Origin: an uncultured Candidatus Saccharibacteria bacterium
Lineage (GTDB): Bacteria; Patescibacteriota; Minisyncoccia; Phycocordibacterales; UBA9973
Length of the DNA: 64,000 nucleotides
NCBI GenBank assembly: GCA_964423445.1
Contig: CAYREQ010000002.1
Coordinates: forward strand, 60,641 to 124,640
Direction: 5' to 3'
The position numbers and the translations under genes were made by a program. Each line of letters starts with the position of its first letter. Positions within the stretch are counted from its first letter, which is position 1. The notes beneath the pieces are model-generated. The model did not search any database. It worked only from the letters and a program-made list of their open reading frames with translations, and had not been told where the DNA came from. Of the stretch, positions 58,629-64,000 are shown piece after piece.

Positions 58629-59195
58629 TTATATAGTTCGCATCTTTAAAACTTTTTTAAAGATTTTTTTGTTACTATTTTCTTTTGAAATAGTAGGAGA
58701 AGATTCTATATTTTTATTTAATAATTTTGCTAAATTATAAGTGACTTGTGGATAACTTTCCTTTCTATTTTTTAGAAAAACTTCGTTGCCAATTTTTGTC
58801 TTACTAGGGGAGGAGATTTTTTCTTCTTTTAGAGCAGGTAAACCGAGGGCGTAAGCCTTAAAAGTTAAAAAATTCTGCGGAGAAATTATTTTTAAAATTT
58901 CTCCTATTGTGTCTATATCTCCGACATCTGTCAAGTAAAATTTCCCATCAGAAGCCTGTAATTTGAGTTGGTTACAATCTGTAACCAACTGGTTTTGTTT
59001 TGTATTTAAACGATTTTTTAATACCTTCCAATAGTTCCTAGGATTTGTGGAATTTGTGGTAACAGAGACAATATCTACGATAGAGAAATACCATTTTTCT
59101 GTTTTCTCATCCCATTTTTTTCGTATTACGTCAAATTTTATTTTCTTTTGCCCCATTTCTTTTTTTAGCATAGTTATACATATAGTATATAACAA
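58629..59195 (-). CDS. BRO-N domain protein with a degenerate-looking C-terminus (start uncertain)
   Basis: IRKKWDEKTEKWYFSIVDIV...PRNYWKVLKNRL...CNQLKLQASDGKFYLTDV. Confidence 0.72.
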   Translation of the reverse strand: MLYTICITMLKKEMGQKKIKFDVIRKKWDEKTEKWYFSIVDIVSVTTNSTNPRNYWKVLKNRLNTKQNQLVTDCNQLKLQASDGKFYLTDVGDIDTIGEILKIISPQNFLTFKAYALGLPALKEEKISSPSKTKIGNEVFLKNRKESYPQVTYNLAKLLNKNIESSPTISKENSNKKIFKKVLKMRTI

Positions 59196-59302
59196 AACTC
59201 TATAATCCTACAATATATATAAATAAAATTTATTTATAAAAAATAGTAAATTTACTATACAAATTTTTTTTGTATTAATGTATAATTATTAGTATAAATT
59301 TT

Positions 59303-62300
59303 GTGAAAAACTTTTTTATAAAAACTATTAAATTATTTTACTCTTACACAGAGTTTTTTTCTCATATTAAATTTAATAAAAAATTTTTGAAAAATTTATT
59401 TTTTCAATCTTTTAAATTTTCTATCTCTCTGTTTATAATAATTGGTCTTACTTATTCTCCTTCATCACCTGTCAGCAATGTGAAATCTTTGGAAGCTGCC
59501 ACTACTACAGTGATACTAACTTCAGGCACCACTTGGGCAGTACCCGCAGATTGGAATGACAATGCAAACTGGATAGAAGTAATAGGAGGAGGAGGAAAAG
59601 GTTTTTCCGCAGCTGCTACTGGTGAAGGAGGAGGTGGAGGAGGTGCGTACTCTCTTTCAAGAAATGTGAATATGCCAGAGTCTACTACTGTCACGATAAA
59701 TGTCGGATTAGGAGGTACTTCAGCTGGAGTCAACGGAGGGGATACATTTATTTGTAATACACAAAATAGTGGAGGAACTTGTGACGCGATAACAGATGGA
59801 GCAGTGGTGACTGGAGCAAAAGGAGGACTAACTGCTACTAGCATAACTGGTGTTGCTGGAGGCTCAGCTGCTTCCGGCGTTGCTACAGGCGCTTGGGGTG
59901 TAAAATTTTCTGGAGGTACAGGTGGAACAGGAAATGCTACAGGAAAGAACGGAGGTGGAGGAGGAGGTGCTGCAGGACCAAGAGGGCCAGGAACAAATGG
60001 AGGAGCTGGAGGAAACTCTACTACAAACCACGGTGGAGGAGGAGGAGGAGGAAATGGAGGAGCTACAGCTGCTGGAACTGCGGGTAGTACTACAGGAGGA
60101 GCTGGGGCAAATGGATCATCTGCAACCGGATCAGGAGCAGGGGGAAATGCAAACAACGGTACTGCAGGTACAGCAGGAACAGGAGGAGGTGGAGGAGGAG
60201 GAGACAGTACTTTTTCTGGAGGTGCAGGTGCTACAAGTACAAGTGAATGGAGTGGTACACATGGAGCAGGAGGTGGAGGAGGAGGTGCTGGATCAACAAG
60301 CGGAAACGGGGGAAACGGAGGACTTTATGGAGCAGGAGGAGGTGGAGGAGTTACTGGTGGACTTGGTGCAAATGGTATCATTGTAATTACATACATTCCT
60401 ACCACTGTAGCTCTCACTACTGTATTTATAACTTCAGGAACTTCTTGGTCTGTTCCTGCAGATTGGAATTCAACAGAAAATTTTGTGGAAGTAATCGGAG
60501 GTGGTGGTGGAGGAAATGATATACAGACAAATGGCTCAGGAGGTGGAGGAGGAGGAGCATATGCTCTCACCAGAAATGTAAGCTTGACCCCTGGAGGAAG
60601 CGCCACTATACAAGTAGGCGCAGGAGGAAATGGTACACCGACTGCAGGTACTGATACTTGGTTTAATGGTGCATCTTGTGCAGCTTCTTCTACTTGTGCA
60701 AAAGGAGGATCAGCGGGAGGTACGACTTCTGGAGGAGCGGGAGGTCTTTCTACTACGAGTATAGGAAGTATAAGATATAAAGGAGGTACAGGAGGAGGAG
60801 GAAACAACACAGGAGATACTTCAGGAGGAGGTGGAGGCGCAGGAGGACGAAGAGGTATAGGTGCAAATGGAGGAGCTGGAAATTCGACTGCCACCGAAGG
60901 AGGAGGAGGTGGAGGAGGCGCAGGAGGTGGAGGCTCAAACGGAACAGCCGGTGCTGCAGCGGCAGGAGGCGCAGGAGGAAATGGATATGGAGGTTCTGGT
61001 GGTGGTACTGCTGGAAACAATGTGACTTGTGGAAGTGGAGGTACTGGAGGAGCTGGAACTGCGGGCACTGGTGCTGGAGGAGGCGGAGGAGATAAACTTT
61101 GTGGAGGAGGTGCGGGTTCTATAGGACAGGAATGGGATGCTACCCATGGTTCAGGTTCTGGAGGTGGAGGTTCTGGAAGTACTACTGCAGGTGCTGGACT
61201 CGTAGGAGGAGCTGGAGGAACATATGGAGGAGGAGGTGGAGGAGGAGGAACTACAAACCTCGGAGGTGCTGGAGGTCAAGGATTAATTGCTGTAACTTAT
61301 AGACCAGTAGCAGTGACTGCTACGACCACAGGTACGCAGACTGCAAATATGACTGTGGGTGCCACTAATCAATACGTAGGTGGTGCATTTGCATTTTCTT
61401 CTACAGCGTCTCTCAGTATAAATGGAATTACTATTACAGAAAGTGGTACAGCTGATGGAACAAATTTAGATAATATAAAACTTTATTATGAGAGCGATAC
61501 CAGTGCTTCTTATGACTGTGCGTCGGAATCTTATGCAGGAACCGAATTACAATTTGGCTCCACGGATGCAGATGGATTTTCTGCGGCGAATGGTACTGCT
61601 ACATTTTCTGGTTCTTCTATAGGTATTTCATCCACATCTACTTTGTGTGTTTATGTAGTATTGGATGTGACGTCTGGTTCTGCAAGTCAGACGATAGAAC
61701 TTTCTATAAATTCTTCTACTGATTTTACTACTGCAAGTAGTCTAGGTACACGCTCTGGAACTTTCCCACTTGCAATTTCTGGTACTACTACACTTCAAGC
61801 AGCAGCAGGAATCACAGTTTCTGGTATTCTATATGGACCAGATGGCACGACGCCAGAACCAAATGTAAAAGGATTGCGTTTGTCAGTAAATGGAGCTGCT
61901 AGTCAGTCCACAAGCTCTACAGTTACCACCGGCGCATTTTCTTTCACTGTATCACCTGGTCCTTCAGATGGAGACGTTATTACTATATGGGTAAATAATG
62001 AATTACAATTTGGTACTTTAGTTCTAAAGTATGGACCTAATGGTTGTAGCCCAAACTGTAGCGTACCAATACAAGAAAACGTTATCCTGATAAAGGATAA
62101 TAGCTCAGGAGCAAATATCTCAAACACTAATCTCGCTGGTTGTGATATAGACACGGGGACAGGCTGTACAGATGCTGATATTAAATTTACTTCAAACGCT
62201 GGTAGCTTAGTAGTATCAGATGGTATTGGATTAACTACTTTAAGTGATTTTACACCAGGGGGAACTATAACCATGAGTTCGTCTGCTGATGGTGCCGATA

Positions 62301-64000
62301 GTAATCTAGATGGAGATATCACTATAGGTTCTAGTACTACTTTAGATATGGGCACTAATGCTCTATCTATCGGTGGAGATTTTACAAACTCTGGGACATT
62401 TACAATTGATACTGGACAGACTACGACATTTACAGCTACAGCTACAGGGCACACCATAGCCGCTGGAGGAGTGGGTGAGAGTTTTTACAATATGGTATTT
62501 AATGGTAGTGGAGGAGATTGGATTTTAGGATCTGGAGATTTTTATGTAGATGGAGATCTCACAATTTCTGCGGGAACTTTTAAGGGACCATCAGGTGCAG
62601 GAAATTTATTTATTCATGGAAATTTTACAGGTACAGGCACGGGAACTTTCAATAGTACAAGTAGTAATGGATATACTACTATAGGTAAACCTGCATCTGG
62701 AAATATAAATTTTGGAGGAGCGACACAGTGGACTTTTGATAATGGATTATTTATTGGTGATGCTAGTGGTACAGGTACAATCACAAAGACCGGAGCCGGG
62801 GCGATAAGTGTGACAAATGGAAAATTCTCACTGACAAATAGCACCACATTTAATGCTGGCAGTGTTGATTATTTTATAAACAGTAGTGGTACAGGTGCAA
62901 GTAAGCCGTTTGACATTCAAACAGGCTCTACTTTTTCTGCGCAGACTTCTAATGTCTATTATGTGGGCACTAGTGCTACTGACATTACTGCACTTTCTTA
63001 TTACAATTTAACATTTGCTCCAGCGTCTGGTTCTCAGACATACACTCTAGGCACAGCTACGTCTCAGACATTAACAGTAGGTAATCTATTTCAAACAATA
63101 TCTGCTGGTGGAACTATGCTCACAATAAATGCAGACACATTTGATCCGGTGGTGGATGTAAATGGCACATTTTATCTAGACCTTAATTCTACTTTTATAG
63201 CCTCTGCAAGTGTGGGAATGACAGTAGCAGGAGCTTTTAGTAATGAATTCGGCGGAACATTTACTCATAGTAATGGAACAGTCACCATGGATGGTGCCAG
63301 TACTTTCAATATCAGCAATACGAGCGCTTTTTACAATTTAATTTTTAACAATGCTTCTGGTACATGGACAGCGACGGGGGACTTGAACATTGGAAATGTC
63401 CTCACCATAACAGCAGGTAATTTTAATGCTTCTTCTCGTACAATTACTTTCTCAGGAAGTGGTACACAATTTGTAAACAACGCGACATTTACACAAGGCA
63501 CTTCAACAGTAGTATATTCTTCAAATAGTGCTCAAAACATAACAGCTCTAAATGGCTCTGGTTCTACAAACGCTTATTATAACTTAGAAGCAAAGACAAG
63601 TATTGTAAACAACACGAAAACTATTTTAGGTAATACTACAGTCAAAAATGTACTGACCATAGGTTCAAGTAATCCTATTCACTCGCTTGCAACTTTGGAT
63701 TTAGGTTCTTACACTTTGACATTGAGTGGTTCTGGAACTCCAATAACATTTGGTGATGCTGCGACTGGTAGGTTTACTGCAAATACAGGAACAGTTATAT
63801 ATACTTCCACTACTGGAATTTCAGCTTTATCTAGTTTGGCAATGACAAGTAATAATGCATTTTATAATTTGACCATAGATGGAGATGGAGGAGGAGACAC
63901 ATTTACTACGGGTCAAGATTTCACTGCTACTAATGATTTGACTGTGACAACTGGAGATATTCTTTCTAGTGCGAATAATGTAATAGTGAATGGAGTAGTA
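59303..64000 (+). CDS. Giant secreted protein (3'-partial, at least 1566 aa) with two glycine-rich domains and beta-helix-like repeats; absent from the ORF track
   Basis: GTG start after TATAAT, hydrophobic signal, two LTSGTxWxVPADWN...EVIGGGG Gly-rich domains, (F/Y)YNL repeats; same frame at the start and at the window end. Confidence 0.88.
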   Translation, partial: MKNFFIKTIKLFYSYTEFFSHIKFNKKFLKNLFFQSFKFSISLFIIIGLTYSPSSPVSNVKSLEAATTTVILTSGTTWAVPADWNDNANWIEVIGGGGKGFSAAATGEGGGGGGAYSLSRNVNMPESTTVTINVGLGGTSAGVNGGDTFICNTQNSGGTCDAITDGAVVTGAKGGLTATSITGVAGGSAASGVATGAWGVKFSGGTGGTGNATGKNGGGGGGAAGPRGPGTNGGAGGNSTTNHGGGGGGGNGGATAAGTAGSTTGGAGANGSSATGSGAGGNANNGTAGTAGTGGGGGGGDSTFSGGAGATSTSEWSGTHGAGGGGGGAGSTSGNGGNGGLYGAGGGGGVTGGLGANGIIVITYIPTTVALTTVFITSGTSWSVPADWNSTENFVEVIGGGGGGNDIQTNGSGGGGGGAYALTRNVSLTPGGSATIQVGAGGNGTPTAGTDTWFNGASCAASSTCAKGGSAGGTTSGGAGGLSTTSIGSIRYKGGTGGGGNNTGDTSGGGGGAGGRRGIGANGGAGNSTATEGGGGGGGAGGGGSNGTAGAAAAGGAGGNGYGGSGGGTAGNNVTCGSGGTGGAGTAGTGAGGGGGDKLCGGGAGSIGQEWDATHGSGSGGGGSGSTTAGAGLVGGAGGTYGGGGGGGGTTNLGGAGGQGLIAVTYRPVAVTATTTGTQTANMTVGATNQYVGGAFAFSSTASLSINGITITESGTADGTNLDNIKLYYESDTSASYDCASESYAGTELQFGSTDADGFSAANGTATFSGSSIGISSTSTLCVYVVLDVTSGSASQTIELSINSSTDFTTASSLGTRSGTFPLAISGTTTLQAAAGITVSGILYGPDGTTPEPNVKGLRLSVNGAASQSTSSTVTTGAFSFTVSPGPSDGDVITIWVNNELQFGTLVLKYGPNGCSPNCSVPIQENVILIKDNSSGANISNTNLAGCDIDTGTGCTDADIKFTSNAGSLVVSDGIGLTTLSDFTPGGTITMSSSADGADSNLDGDITIGSSTTLDMGTNALSIGGDFTNSGTFTIDTGQTTTFTATATGHTIAAGGVGESFYNMVFNGSGGDWILGSGDFYVDGDLTISAGTFKGPSGAGNLFIHGNFTGTGTGTFNSTSSNGYTTIGKPASGNINFGGATQWTFDNGLFIGDASGTGTITKTGAGAISVTNGKFSLTNSTTFNAGSVDYFINSSGTGASKPFDIQTGSTFSAQTSNVYYVGTSATDITALSYYNLTFAPASGSQTYTLGTATSQTLTVGNLFQTISAGGTMLTINADTFDPVVDVNGTFYLDLNSTFIASASVGMTVAGAFSNEFGGTFTHSNGTVTMDGASTFNISNTSAFYNLIFNNASGTWTATGDLNIGNVLTITAGNFNASSRTITFSGSGTQFVNNATFTQGTSTVVYSSNSAQNITALNGSGSTNAYYNLEAKTSIVNNTKTILGNTTVKNVLTIGSSNPIHSLATLDLGSYTLTLSGSGTPITFGDAATGRFTANTGTVIYTSTTGISALSSLAMTSNNAFYNLTIDGDGGGDTFTTGQDFTATNDLTVTTGDILSSANNVIVNGVV

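Noticed and set aside
58629-59195. BRO-N gene plus fibre-like genes as a prophage
   Set aside because: No integrase, terminase, portal or capsid genes are present, and the giant proteins carry signal peptides.
59580-61280. Dense GGA/GGT repeats and the Glu/Gln-rich or Pro-rich ORFs called here (59452-60156, 59922-60386, 60325-61068)
   Set aside because: These are Gly codons of the giant ORF starting at 59303; the other ORFs are frame or antisense shadows.

Overview
AT-rich bacterial chromosome segment. The gene set and style point to Patescibacteria/CPR, probably Parcubacteria (inference): a compact RNase P RNA, a Lys-rich RpoD N-terminus, a short ProRS, a split transketolase, almost no Shine-Dalgarno sites and giant secreted proteins. 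It contains rpoB-rpoC-dnaG-rpoD, tsf/rpsB, proS-mreB-mreC-tgt-speA, rnpB, three tRNAs, a small accessory region after tRNA-Asn, an ApbE/FMN-binding/RnfD-FNR flavinylation cluster with an ECF sigma/anti-sigma pair, lepB-hisS-def-fmt, dnaE, a gap-rpiB-rpe-tkt operon and two giant surface-protein genes (3120 aa and more than 1566 aa). Most notable: (1) two copies of a ~100-nt palindromic element with a conserved core and site-specific 17-bp arms, one of them in frame inside tgt; (2) a candidate stand-alone ~80-nt sRNA divergent from rnpB; (3) no UGA at all in 53 genes; (4) pervasive leaderless promoters; (5) a GC-rich islet with SD sites encoding a porin-like protein; (6) two small ORFs and one giant ORF missing from the ORF track. 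All product calls come from motif recognition by eye; no database search was run.
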